A stretch of 64,000 nt of DNA from Dehalococcoidia bacterium (GCA_964291495.2 OZ219871.1:64001-128000); one strand, 5' to 3'; shown: positions 19,110 through 29,025, counted from the first letter of the stretch. The notes: generated by a model not told the origin, from the sequence alone. Numbers and translations are program-made.

Positions 19110-20294
19110 ATGGCCGGACCACTCGCCGGCATCAGGGTGATCGACGTCACCGAGGGCGCACAGGGCCCGTGGGCCGGCGCGCTGCTCGCCGATCTCGGCG
19201 CCGACGTGATCAAGGTCGAGAAGCCCGGGGGCGAGATGATGCGGCGCTCCGGCCCGCTCAAGGGCGGGCACGCCCTTCCCAACGCCGGCCTCAATCACGG
19301 CAAGCGCAACATCGTGCTCGACCTCAAGGATCCTGCGGGCCGCGAGATCCTGCTGCGCCTGATCCGCGACGCCGACGTCTTCATGGAGAACTGGCGGCGA
19401 GGCGTCTCCGAGCGCCTGCAGGTGGACTACGACGTGCTCGCCTCGATCAATCCACGACTGATCTACGCCTCGGCCAGCGGCTTCGGGCAGACCGGCAAGT
19501 ACGCGCACAAGGCGACGGTCGACTATATCTCGCAGGCGATGGGCGGCTACTTCTCGCTGACCGGCCCCGAGGGCGGCCCCGGCGAGCGCCCGCGCTTCAT
19601 CGCGATCGACTTCACCTCGCCGTTGACCTTCGTGCAGGCGATCCTGCTCGCGCTGCTGGCGCGCGAGGACAGCGGGCGGGGCCAGTGGGCGCGCTGCTCG
19701 CAGACGGAGACGATGATCGCGGTCGGCGCGGTGCGCGCGGCCGAGTACTTCGCGAGCGGCGAGACGCCGCAGCCCTGGGGCAGCGCCAGCGCGCACCTCG
19801 TGCCCAGCCAGGCCTTCCTCGCGGCCGACGGCTACATCCTCGTCGAGTGCCCTACCGAGGACACCTGGCGCGCGCTCTGCGAGACGCTCGAGCTGCCGGA
19901 ACTGGCGGACGACTCGCGGTTCGACTCCAACGCGAAGCGCGTCGAGCGCCGCGAGGAGCTGCTGCCGCTGCTCAAGCAGGCGTTCCTGCGCTACAGCGGC
20001 GATCGCTGGCTCCAGAGGCTGGAGGCGGCGGGCGTGCCCTGCGGGCCCGTCCGCTGGGACATCGAGGACCTCTACAGCGAGCCGCAGGTCGTGGCGAACG
20101 AGCTGCTGGTCGACCGCGAGCACCCGGAGATGGGCCGCGTGCGCACCAACGCCGTGCCCTGGCTGTTCAGTCGCACGCCCGCCGAGTACGGCGAACTGGC
20201 TGTGGCGATGGACCGCGACCGCGAGGAACTGCTGGCAGAGCTCGGCATCCGCGATCGCGCGGCCGCGGCCACGAGCGGCGACGCCCGGCGATGA
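19110..20294 (+). CDS. Family III CoA-transferase, Asp-bearing subunit
   Basis: MAGPLAGIRVIDV, NHGKR, IAIDFTS; GGAGG RBS. Confidence 0.9.
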   Translation: MAGPLAGIRVIDVTEGAQGPWAGALLADLGADVIKVEKPGGEMMRRSGPLKGGHALPNAGLNHGKRNIVLDLKDPAGREILLRLIRDADVFMENWRRGVSERLQVDYDVLASINPRLIYASASGFGQTGKYAHKATVDYISQAMGGYFSLTGPEGGPGERPRFIAIDFTSPLTFVQAILLALLAREDSGRGQWARCSQTETMIAVGAVRAAEYFASGETPQPWGSASAHLVPSQAFLAADGYILVECPTEDTWRALCETLELPELADDSRFDSNAKRVERREELLPLLKQAFLRYSGDRWLQRLEAAGVPCGPVRWDIEDLYSEPQVVANELLVDREHPEMGRVRTNAVPWLFSRTPAEYGELAVAMDRDREELLAELGIRDRAAAATSGDARR

Positions 20295-21487
20295 GCGGCC
20301 CGCTCGAGGGCGTCCGCGTCCTCGACCTCAGCGAGGGCGACGGCGCTCCCTTCTGCGCCATGCAGCTCGGCGACGCCGGCGCCGACGTCCTCAAGGTCGA
20401 GCCGCTCGAGGGCGACTGGGCGCGGCGCCTCGGGCCGCCCTTCGACGACGGCGACGGCCCGTTGTTCATGGGCATGAACCGCAACAAGCGCAGCATCGCG
20501 CTCGACATCGAGCGCGAGGAGGGCCGCGCGGTCGTGCGCGACCTCGCGGCGAGCGCCGACGTTCTCGTTGAGTGCTTCCCGCAGGCAGACGATGCCGAGC
20601 GCCTGGGCCTCGGCTACGCAACGCTCTCGGCAGCGAATCGTGGCCTGATCTACTGCGACCTCTCGCTGCTCGAGCGGCGCGGGCCGAACGCCGACAAGCC
20701 GGCGACGGACCTGATCGTGCAGGGGCTGAGCGGCCTGACCCGGTTCGTCGGCGAGCGCGGGAAGGAGCCGCTGCGCTTCGGCAGCAACTACGCCGGCGTG
20801 ACCGCCGCGATGTACGCCGCGCAGGCGATCCTCGCGGCGCTGTTCTGGCGACGCCGGAGCGGCGAGGGCCAGTACGTCGAGACCTCCTACCTGCGCGCGA
20901 TGATCGCGACGCAGCAGAACTACCTCGCCGCGCACAGCGACCCGGACGACTTCAGCGGCCCCTTCTACCGCGCGCACCTGAGGTCGCCCGTGCGGGGCTA
21001 CCCCACAAAGGACCGCAACATCGAGTTCACCGCCTCCTACGCCCGCGACCCGCGCGCGTTCGAGCTGCTGCTCGAGCGCGTCGGCATCCTCGACGAGGTG
21101 CGCGCCGATTCGCGGTTCGCGGACCGCGAGCTGGTGGCGGACGACCAGATCGCGCTTCAGCCCTACCTGGACAGGGCGTTCCTCGACCGCAGCAGCGAGG
21201 ACGTGCTGCAGCTCCTCGAGGAGATCGGTCTGATGTGCGCGCCGGTGCACGACTACGACAGCATGTTCCACGACGAGGGCATCCTCGAGCAGGAGATGCT
21301 GCTCACCGTCGAGCACCCGACGCGCGGCGAGGTGCGGACCATCGGCCTGCCCTGGAAGCTGGACACGCCGGGATCGGTGCGCCTCGCGCCGCCGACCCTC
21401 GGCGAGCACACGGACGCCATCCTCACCGAGATCGGCTACGACGCGCAGCGCATCGCCGCGCTGAGAGCGGACGGTGTCGTCCGCTGA
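20291..21487 (+). CDS. Family III CoA-transferase, Asp-less subunit
   Basis: ATGA overlap with upstream gene; NRNKRS, NYAGVTAA at the Asp position. Confidence 0.88.
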   Translation: MSGPLEGVRVLDLSEGDGAPFCAMQLGDAGADVLKVEPLEGDWARRLGPPFDDGDGPLFMGMNRNKRSIALDIEREEGRAVVRDLAASADVLVECFPQADDAERLGLGYATLSAANRGLIYCDLSLLERRGPNADKPATDLIVQGLSGLTRFVGERGKEPLRFGSNYAGVTAAMYAAQAILAALFWRRRSGEGQYVETSYLRAMIATQQNYLAAHSDPDDFSGPFYRAHLRSPVRGYPTKDRNIEFTASYARDPRAFELLLERVGILDEVRADSRFADRELVADDQIALQPYLDRAFLDRSSEDVLQLLEEIGLMCAPVHDYDSMFHDEGILEQEMLLTVEHPTRGEVRTIGLPWKLDTPGSVRLAPPTLGEHTDAILTEIGYDAQRIAALRADGVVR

Positions 21488-21520
21488 GCCCCCGCCGGAC
21501 GGGCTGACTACAGGCCCTGA

Positions 21521-22474
21521 CTACAGACCGAGGAACGCCCTCGCGTTGCCCGCGAGGATCAGCTCCTTCTCGCGGTCCGTGAGGTCGAGGGCCATCACCT
21601 GCGCGGCCATCTCGCGGATGTCCTCGCCGGAGCCGCCGCCCGGCCCGTCGGAGCCGAACATGATGCGTTCGATGCCGACCTTGCGGAAGACGCGGGCGGC
21701 CTGCACCGCGGGCATGCAGGAGTGGCTGCCCGGCGGGTGGTGGTCGTCCACGAGGCCGCCCGAGATGTCGAACCAGAGGTTGTCGGTGAACTCCCTGCTG
21801 AGGTCCACGCGGTCGTCCCACATCTGGTCGCAGAAGTGCGCCATGATGAACCTCAGCCGCGGGAACCGGGAGAGCACCGGGCGCCAGTTGAAGGGCATCC
21901 CGTACTGCTCGCCGTTCGTCACGCGCGAGGTGCTGTCGGTGAGGATCGGCAGCTCCGCCTCCTGCAGCCGCTCGTAGACCGCCAGCATGTTCGGGTGGTC
22001 CGGCATGTGCCGGCAGATGCTGGGGTGAACCTTCACGCCCTTCGCGCCGTTCGCGATGCAGCGGTCCAGCTCCTGGACCGCGCCTTCGCCGAACAGGACC
22101 GGGTCGATCATGACGAAGGGGATGATGCGCGGCTTCTCGGCGTGCGTCTCGCAGGCCCAGTCGTTGAAGCCGCGCACCCGCTCGCGCATCTGCTCGGCGA
22201 GGTCGAGGCGGACGCGCTCGACCTCCTCGTCCGAGGCGCCGCCGGCGCGGACGCGCGCGAGGCGCGCCTCCGTCATGCGCCCGGTATCCATGATGTTCTG
22301 GGTGGCGACGTAGCTGACCCCGCGCTCGTCCATGTACGGGATCACGGCCTCCGGGTTGCCCCAGTACCATTCGTCCGGCCAGCCGTCCTTGGGGAAGACC
22401 AGCCGCTCCTGGTTCACGTCCCTGCAGAGATGCAGGTGGATGTCGATGATCTCGGGACCGCCCGCTGCTGCCAT
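21521..22474 (-). CDS. Amidohydrolase family protein
   Basis: IIDIHLH, GVKVHP, IMAH, FGSDGP, ILAGNA. Confidence 0.9.
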   Translation of the reverse strand: MAAAGGPEIIDIHLHLCRDVNQERLVFPKDGWPDEWYWGNPEAVIPYMDERGVSYVATQNIMDTGRMTEARLARVRAGGASDEEVERVRLDLAEQMRERVRGFNDWACETHAEKPRIIPFVMIDPVLFGEGAVQELDRCIANGAKGVKVHPSICRHMPDHPNMLAVYERLQEAELPILTDSTSRVTNGEQYGMPFNWRPVLSRFPRLRFIMAHFCDQMWDDRVDLSREFTDNLWFDISGGLVDDHHPPGSHSCMPAVQAARVFRKVGIERIMFGSDGPGGGSGEDIREMAAQVMALDLTDREKELILAGNARAFLGL

Positions 22475-22490
22475 CGTGCTCCTCCGTCCG

Positions 22491-22904
22491 TTACGAGGCC
22501 GCCGGCCGGAAGCGCGGCACGACCACGTCCTCGGCGACCTGCTCGAAGACCACCTCGACGGGCATTCCGACCTCGATCGCGTCGTTGTCGACCTCGACGA
22601 GGTTGTTGATGAAGCGCACGCCCTCGTCGAGCTCGATGATCGCGACGTTGTAGGGCAGGTCCTCGCGGTACCCGGGCAGCCAGCCCTGGTGGTAGACGAT
22701 GAACGAGTAGACCGTGCCCGTGCCCGCCAGCCCCGCCCACTCGTAGTCCTCGGAGAGGCAGTCGCTGCAGTTCGGCGAGGGCGGGAACCAGATGTGCCCG
22801 CAGGCCGTGCAGCGCTGCGCGAGGAACTCGCCCCGCTTCGCGCCCTCCCAGTGCGGCTCGTTCAGCTCCGTGATGAGCGGCAGCGGCTTCGCGTACTCGC
22901 TCAT
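22491..22904 (-). CDS. DUF35 Zn-ribbon OB-fold protein
   Basis: MSEYAKPLP, CTACG..FPP..CSDC, PYNVAIIELDEG. Confidence 0.92.
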   Translation of the reverse strand: MSEYAKPLPLITELNEPHWEGAKRGEFLAQRCTACGHIWFPPSPNCSDCLSEDYEWAGLAGTGTVYSFIVYHQGWLPGYREDLPYNVAIIELDEGVRFINNLVEVDNDAIEVGMPVEVVFEQVAEDVVVPRFRPAAS

Positions 22905-24049
22905 GCGCCACCCCGATAGATCAGCGACCAGGTGGACTGCCAGTGCCCGGTCGAGAAGGTGCACAGCACCGTCTCGAGGCCGGCGAGCTGGCGCTCCGGC
23001 TCCTCGGCCTCGCCACGGAGCTGGTTCACGGCGTCGAAGGTGTTGTGCCAGCCGACCATGTAGGTCATCCGGTTCTGGCCGCCGTGCGGGTTGACCGGCA
23101 AATCGCCGTCGAGCTCGATGCGGCCGCCCTGGATCCAGTCCTGGGCGGCGCCGAACTCGCAGAACCCGTAGTTCTCGAGGGCGGAGAGCACGTTCGGCGT
23201 GTAGGACTCCTGCACGTACAGCGCGTCGATGTCCTCGGGACGCAGTCCGGAGGCGCCCCACAGCAGCTCCGCGTTCGGCAGCTGCGAGGGGTGGTACATG
23301 CTGTTGGGGTGCTCCAGCTCGAGGAAGCTGGACTGCGCCCCCATCCCCACGATCGTGACCGGCTGCACCGGCAGGTCCGCGGCCCGCTCCGGGCTGGTGA
23401 GGATCATCGCGAAGCCGCCGTCGTTGACCATGCAGAAATCCACGAGCCGCAGCGGTGCGATCACGTAGCGGGTGTCCAGGTACTCGTCGAGGCTCAGCGG
23501 CTGGCGATATACCGCCAGCGGGTTGAGTGCCGCCGCCCGCGACTGCGCCACCGCCACCGCGCCCAGTTGCTCCTCGGTGGCTCCGAAGTCGTGCATGCGG
23601 CGGCGGTAGTTGAAGGCGGCGACCGCACCGGGGTTGGAGAGCCCGTACACGTCGTCGAAGTTGCCTCCGAGGTGGTAGACGCTCGATCCGAAGCGGTTGC
23701 GGTTGGTGCGCTGGTTGGTCCCGTAGACGCAGGCGACGACCTCGGCCATGCCGCTTGCGATGAGCAGCGCCGCGTACTGGATGACGGCGCCGTGGTGGCT
23801 CAGGTTCGAGCCGATGCGCGGCTCCACGCCGAGGCGGTGGCCGATCTCCTTGATGTCGCCCTGGCCGCCGAAGCTCGGCTGCACGATCAGGCCGTCGAGA
23901 TCCTCCTTGGACAGACCGCTGTCGGCCAGCGCCTCGCGCAGCGCCCAGATCGCGATCCCGTCGGCGCTGTGCTCGGGCAGCCTGCCCTGCGGCGTCGCCC
24001 CGACGCCGACGATGCAGACCTTGCCGAGGACGTGCTCAGCGAGCGGCAC
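22901..24049 (-). CDS. Thiolase-family / Ltp2-like protein
   Basis: VCIVGVG, PLRLVDFC..NDGG, VQESY, LPVNPHGG. Confidence 0.88.
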   Translation of the reverse strand: MPLAEHVLGKVCIVGVGATPQGRLPEHSADGIAIWALREALADSGLSKEDLDGLIVQPSFGGQGDIKEIGHRLGVEPRIGSNLSHHGAVIQYAALLIASGMAEVVACVYGTNQRTNRNRFGSSVYHLGGNFDDVYGLSNPGAVAAFNYRRRMHDFGATEEQLGAVAVAQSRAAALNPLAVYRQPLSLDEYLDTRYVIAPLRLVDFCMVNDGGFAMILTSPERAADLPVQPVTIVGMGAQSSFLELEHPNSMYHPSQLPNAELLWGASGLRPEDIDALYVQESYTPNVLSALENYGFCEFGAAQDWIQGGRIELDGDLPVNPHGGQNRMTYMVGWHNTFDAVNQLRGEAEEPERQLAGLETVLCTFSTGHWQSTWSLIYRGGA

Positions 24050-26372
24050 GACTCGCCTCCCGAATCCCCTCGATGACCTCGTCCGTGTGCTCGCCCAGCA
24101 GCGGCGGCGGCCGCCGCAGCGAGCCCGGCGTCTCGTCGAGGCGCCAGGGCAGCCCGACCGTCGCGATGCGGCCCAGCGTCGGATGATCGAGGTGGCGCAG
24201 CATCTCGTACGCCACCATCTGCGGATCCTCGAACAGCGACCGGTAGTCGTTGCAGACGACCGCGATGCCGCCGCACTCCTCGATGATCTCCTTCAACTCG
24301 GCGGCCCGGTACTTCCTCGTGTAGGGCTCGAAGATCTCGCCGAGCGCCTCGGCGTTGAGCGTGCGGTCGAGCGTGGTCGCCCAGCGCGGGTCCGTCGCCA
24401 CGTCCTCCGGGACGCCGATGCGCTCGCAGAAGCGCAGCCAGCCGGTCTGATCGCGAACGAAGCCGATGTCGACCTGCAGATCGCTGCCGTAGAGGTCGTA
24501 CTCGGGCGGGTCGGTGGGCGCGGAGAGGTGCCAGCCGCCCTCGAGCGAGTCGTCGCTCTGCGCCGCGTTCAGCTGCGTCTCGATCGCGAGCAGCGAGCCG
24601 AGCTCGGAAACCTCGACCTTCTGGCCGCCGCCGCCGCGCGCGCGGTGGACGACGGCGGCCAGCACGCCCTGCACCGCGAAGAACCCGGCCGCCATCGCCG
24701 AGACGTCCTGGCCGTGGCGCAACGGCGGCTCATCGGGGCGGCCGAGGTAGCGCCAGATGTCGCCCATCGCCTGCAGCACGATCTCGGCGCCAGGCTTGTC
24801 GCGCAGCGGCCCGCGCTCGCCGAACGGGGTGACGTTGCAGTGGATCAGCTCCGGGTTCGCACCTTCGAGGTCCTCGTAGCGCAGCCCCAGCCGCTCCGCC
24901 TCGGCTGGCGCGAGGTCCGTCACCAGCACGTCGGCGCCCGCGATCAGCCCGTCGAGGGCGGCCCGGCCGTCGGCGTCCTCGACATCGAGCACGACGCCGC
25001 GCTTGTTGCGGTTGAGCGCGAGGAAGACGGGGCTCTCCTGGCCGAGGAACGGCGGACCGAGCGTGCGCGTCCAGTCGCCGCCCGGCGGCTCGACCTTGAT
25101 CACGTCCGCGCCGAGGTCGCCGAGCTGCATCGCGGCCAGCGGCGCGCCGATACCCTGCGCCAGCTCGACCACCGTGACGCCCTCGAGCGGCGCGGCTGCG
25201 GGCTGCGGCTTGGGCCGCGGGCCGTCGCGACGCGGCGGCTCCGCCTCGATCAGGGCGAGCACCTCGTCGCGGTGCTCGTCGATCGCCGGGGCGCGCTCGA
25301 CGCGGGCGGGCGTGGCGCTGAAGCGCCAGGGCGCGCCGCCGACCTTGACGGCGCCCCAAGGGTGCTCGCGCTCGACGATCTGTTCATTCGCCTGCACCTG
25401 CTCGCTCGCCCAGAGGTCGGTGAACGTCAGGAACGGCCCGCTCGGCACGCCGTGCGCTTCGAGGACCGCGAGCCAGTCCGCGGCCGACCGGCCCTCGAAG
25501 GTCCGCTCCAGCAGCGGGAGCAGCTCGGCGCGGTGCTCGACGCGGGCGGCGTTGGTCGCGAAGCGCGCGTCCTCGGCGAGCCCCGGGAGGCCGAGAGAGG
25601 CGCAGAGGCCGCGCCACTGCGCCTGCGTGTTCACGCCGACCGCGATGTAGCCACCGCCGGCGCGGAACGCCTGGTGCGGCACGAGGTTCGTTGTCGCGCT
25701 GCCCAGCGGCGCGTGCTGCCCGCCCGCGAAGTGCTCGGCGATGCGGGTGGTCTGGTAGACCGCCGCGGCCTGCATCATCGAGGTCTCGACAAACTGCGCG
25801 ATGCCGAACCGCTCGCGCGCGCAGAGCCCCGCCAGCACGGTCTGCGTGACGACCGCCGCGCAGGTGTGGTCGACGTGGCCGTTGCTGCGGAAGCGCTCCG
25901 CCCGCCCGCCCACCGGTCCGGTAAAGCTGTCGAACGCCGTGAAGGCGCGGGCGTAGCCGTCGGCGCTCCCCTCGCGCCTGCGAGGGCCGCGCGAGCCGTA
26001 GCCGGAGGACGAGCAGTAGACGATGTCCGGGTTGAGCGCGCGCACCGCCTCGTAGCCGAGTCCGAGGCGCTCCATCGCGCCCGGCCGGAAGTTCTCGACG
26101 AACACGTCGCTGCGCTCGGCGAGTCCTCGCGCGATCTCGAGGTCTCGCGGGTTCTTGAGGTCGAGGGCGATGTTCTTCTTGTTGACGTTGACGGACGTGT
26201 AGTACGTCGCGACGCCGTTCATGTGCGGCAGCAGTGTGCGGATCAGGTCGCCGGCGGGAACCTCGACCTTGATCACCTCGGCGCCGAGTTCGCCGAGGAA
26301 GGCCGCGCCCAGCGGTCCGACCGCCAGCTGGGAGACGTCCATGACGCGAAGGCCGGAGAGGGGGCCTGCCAT
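24036..26372 (-). CDS. Fused tandem family III CoA-transferase (Asp-bearing + Asp-less halves)
   Basis: Two PLxGxxV starts; GHVDHTC in half 1, QDVSAMAAG in half 2. Confidence 0.9.
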   Translation of the reverse strand: MAGPLSGLRVMDVSQLAVGPLGAAFLGELGAEVIKVEVPAGDLIRTLLPHMNGVATYYTSVNVNKKNIALDLKNPRDLEIARGLAERSDVFVENFRPGAMERLGLGYEAVRALNPDIVYCSSSGYGSRGPRRREGSADGYARAFTAFDSFTGPVGGRAERFRSNGHVDHTCAAVVTQTVLAGLCARERFGIAQFVETSMMQAAAVYQTTRIAEHFAGGQHAPLGSATTNLVPHQAFRAGGGYIAVGVNTQAQWRGLCASLGLPGLAEDARFATNAARVEHRAELLPLLERTFEGRSAADWLAVLEAHGVPSGPFLTFTDLWASEQVQANEQIVEREHPWGAVKVGGAPWRFSATPARVERAPAIDEHRDEVLALIEAEPPRRDGPRPKPQPAAAPLEGVTVVELAQGIGAPLAAMQLGDLGADVIKVEPPGGDWTRTLGPPFLGQESPVFLALNRNKRGVVLDVEDADGRAALDGLIAGADVLVTDLAPAEAERLGLRYEDLEGANPELIHCNVTPFGERGPLRDKPGAEIVLQAMGDIWRYLGRPDEPPLRHGQDVSAMAAGFFAVQGVLAAVVHRARGGGGQKVEVSELGSLLAIETQLNAAQSDDSLEGGWHLSAPTDPPEYDLYGSDLQVDIGFVRDQTGWLRFCERIGVPEDVATDPRWATTLDRTLNAEALGEIFEPYTRKYRAAELKEIIEECGGIAVVCNDYRSLFEDPQMVAYEMLRHLDHPTLGRIATVGLPWRLDETPGSLRRPPPLLGEHTDEVIEGIREASRAAR

Positions 26373-26477
26373 GGCAACTCCCGCCCGATCCGCGAACCCG
26401 GCTGCCGGGTATGACGGACGTTGCCCTTCTAGGTTGGCGCGGCGAGCGCTGTCAACCGGCCCCGCGGGGTGCTCCGG

Positions 26478-27419
26478 CTAGTCGAGCCCGATGAACTCGC
26501 GGGCGTTCGTCGCGAGGATCCGCTCGCGCTCCTCGTCGCTGAGCGGGATGCTCATGAAGCTGCGCAGTTGCGGGCCCGCCTCGTGGCCCGGGGCGTCCGA
26601 GGCCCACAGCACGCGGTCGATCCCGAGCGCGCGCAGGAAGCGCGGCGCGTCATCGATCGGGCAGGCGCGGTGCCCGTCGCGCGCGTGGTGGCCCGGGCCC
26701 TGGAAGCCGCCGGCGAGGTCGAAGTAGACCTGCGGGAAGCGCTCGGCGATCGGGATACGCTCGTCCCAGAAGGCGCTGGCGGCGTGCGCCATGATGAAGC
26801 GCAGCCGCGGGAACTGCTCGAACACCGGCACGAAGTTCAGCGGCTCGCCGTAGACGCCGCCCTCGGGCGCGGGGGAGAGCGAGCCCGTGTCGCTGAGGAC
26901 CGGGACGTCCGCCTCCTGCAGGCGCTCGTAGAGCGGGAACATCCGCTCGTCGCCGGGGAAGTAGTGCCCGAGGCCGGGGTGGAGCTTGATCCCGCGCGCG
27001 CCCTCGGCCAACCGCGCCTCCAGCTCCTCCATCATCACCGTCACGTCGTAGAAGATGCCGATGTCGACGCAGGGGAAGGGGATGAGGCGCGCCTCGCGCG
27101 CGCCGAGCTCGCAGCACCAGGCATTGAAGCGCCGCAGGCGCTCCACGTGCTCCTCGCGGAGCCGCTCGCGCGCGCCCTCAAGCTCGGCCTCGGAGGCGTC
27201 CGGCACGCGAGCCAGGCGGCTCGCGATCATCCGGTTCGTGTCCATGTAGTTGATCATGAAGAGGTGAGAGAAGCCCTCGTCGTCCATCCAGTCGATGACG
27301 CGCGGTTCGTTGGCCCGATACCACTCGTCGGGATAGCCAGGCTTGGGGAAGACGAGCCGCTCCTGCGCGGGATCGCGCGTCAGGTGCACATGCACGTCGA
27401 TGACCTCGGGCAGCGCCAT
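26478..27419 (-). CDS. Amidohydrolase family protein (paralog of 21521-22474)
   Basis: IDVHVH, QERLVFPK.G.PDEWY, GIKLHP, WASDAP; start refined to MALPEV. Confidence 0.9.
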   Translation of the reverse strand: MALPEVIDVHVHLTRDPAQERLVFPKPGYPDEWYRANEPRVIDWMDDEGFSHLFMINYMDTNRMIASRLARVPDASEAELEGARERLREEHVERLRRFNAWCCELGAREARLIPFPCVDIGIFYDVTVMMEELEARLAEGARGIKLHPGLGHYFPGDERMFPLYERLQEADVPVLSDTGSLSPAPEGGVYGEPLNFVPVFEQFPRLRFIMAHAASAFWDERIPIAERFPQVYFDLAGGFQGPGHHARDGHRACPIDDAPRFLRALGIDRVLWASDAPGHEAGPQLRSFMSIPLSDEERERILATNAREFIGLD

Positions 27420-27429
27420 CGCCGGACCC

Positions 27430-28752
27430 TTACCCGCAGATGCTGCGCACGGTGTCGTGCAGGATCTGCATGCCCATCCGCAGACCCTCGATCGCGATGC
27501 GCTCGTCGTTGCCGTGCCCGAGCGCCTGGTCCGAGGGCGGCACGAAAACCGGCACGAAGCCGTACGCCGGGTAGCCCATGCGGCGGAACACGCGCGAGTC
27601 CGTGAAGCCCGTCGAGGTCCACGGCACCACGACGGCGTCCTCGACCGTGTTGCGCACCGCCCTCGACAGCGTCTCGTACAGCTCCGAATCGATTGGAGAG
27701 GGCGGGCCGTAGCTGCGCAGCACCACCTCCACCTCCACATCGTCGTCGTCGATCACCTCGACCAGCTCCGCGAGGAAGGCGTCCGGGTCGGCGCCGGGCA
27801 GCAGGCGGCAGTCGAGGGTCGCGGTCGCCCCGGCGGGGATCACGTTGTGCTTCACGCCGGACTGCAGCGTCGTCACCGAGATGGTGTTCCTGAGCAGCGC
27901 CCCGACCCGCGGCTGGCGTGCGGCGACCCGCTCGATCGTCTCCTCGGTCGGCTCCTCATCGAGCAGGCCCGCGGCGTGGAGGCCCTCGAAGTAGGCGCGC
28001 AGTTCCGGGCCGATCCGTGGCGGGCGCTCCCAGTCCTGGATCCGCTGCAGCGCGCGTACGAGGCGGTCGGCGGCGTTGTCCGGCGTCGGGACGGAGCCGT
28101 GACCGGGACGGCCTTGCGTGTTCAGGCGCACCCAGCAGGGGATCTTCTCCGCCACCCCGATCTGCATCAGCGGCCGCTCGACCCCGAACGCGCGCGTGCT
28201 GCCACGCCCGCCCTCGTTGAGTACGCACACGCAGTCGATCACCTCCGGATGCTCGCGCGCGAGGAAGTCGGCTCCGTAGACGCTGCCCGCCTCCTCGTCG
28301 GCGACGGCGATGAAGGTGAGGTCACGGCGCAGCGGGAGCTTGTGGCGGTGGTGCAGCAGGAAGGTGATGAGCTCCATGATGCCCATCCCCTTCATGTCGA
28401 GCGTGCCTCGCCCCCAGATGTAGCCGTCGCTGACCTCGCCCCCGAGCGGGTCGACGGTCCAGTGCTCGCGCTCGAAGGGGACGACGTCGGTGTGGTTGAG
28501 CAGGATCAGCTGCTTGCCGCCCGTGCCGTCGCCGGGCAGCGTGGCGACGAGCGTGCCGCGGCCGGGCGCGTCGGCCGGCTCGTAGACCCGGTAGGGGATG
28601 CCCTCGCGATCGAGGATCTCACCGTAGAACTCACAGGCGCGCGTCTCGTTGCCGGGCGGGTTGACGGTGTCGACGCGGATGTAGGCGGAGAGCAGCTCCG
28701 TCGCTTCCTCGGTCAGCGCGTCCCAGTCCGGCGCGAATCCGTCGTCGGTCAT
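27430..28752 (-). CDS. M20 family metallopeptidase/deacylase
   Basis: DTVNPPGNE, LNHTDVVP, WGRGTLDMK, ADEE, HGNDER. Confidence 0.93.
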   Translation of the reverse strand: MTDDGFAPDWDALTEEATELLSAYIRVDTVNPPGNETRACEFYGEILDREGIPYRVYEPADAPGRGTLVATLPGDGTGGKQLILLNHTDVVPFEREHWTVDPLGGEVSDGYIWGRGTLDMKGMGIMELITFLLHHRHKLPLRRDLTFIAVADEEAGSVYGADFLAREHPEVIDCVCVLNEGGRGSTRAFGVERPLMQIGVAEKIPCWVRLNTQGRPGHGSVPTPDNAADRLVRALQRIQDWERPPRIGPELRAYFEGLHAAGLLDEEPTEETIERVAARQPRVGALLRNTISVTTLQSGVKHNVIPAGATATLDCRLLPGADPDAFLAELVEVIDDDDVEVEVVLRSYGPPSPIDSELYETLSRAVRNTVEDAVVVPWTSTGFTDSRVFRRMGYPAYGFVPVFVPPSDQALGHGNDERIAIEGLRMGMQILHDTVRSICG

Positions 28753-28866
28753 GCCGTCCTCCTCGAGTGCTCGGCGCGCCCCGGCGGCCAGGGATGAGCC
28801 TAGCAGCGACAGGCGCGCGTGCGCTCTCGCATCGTCAATGCGGGCGAGGTCGAGCGGGTGGGTGGA

Positions 28867-28942
28867 TGGAGCGGGGGACGGGTCTCGAACCCGCGACCTT
28901 CTGCTTGGAAGGCAGATGCTCTACCAGCTGAGCTACCCCCGC
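28867..28942 (-). tRNA. tRNA-Gly (anticodon TCC)
   Basis: Reverse complement GCGGGGGTAGCTCAGCTGGTAGAGCATCTGCCTTCCAAGCAGAAGGTCGCGGGTTCGAGACCCGTCCCCCGCTCCA: 76 nt cloverleaf, encoded CCA. Confidence 0.97.
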
Positions 28943-29025
28943 ACCCGCCTAGCCATTGAACGCCCGCCCCGCGCGCGCGGTCAACGCGCGGGGCCGTGGA
29001 GCCTCGGACGCCCTCTGGCCTCGAT

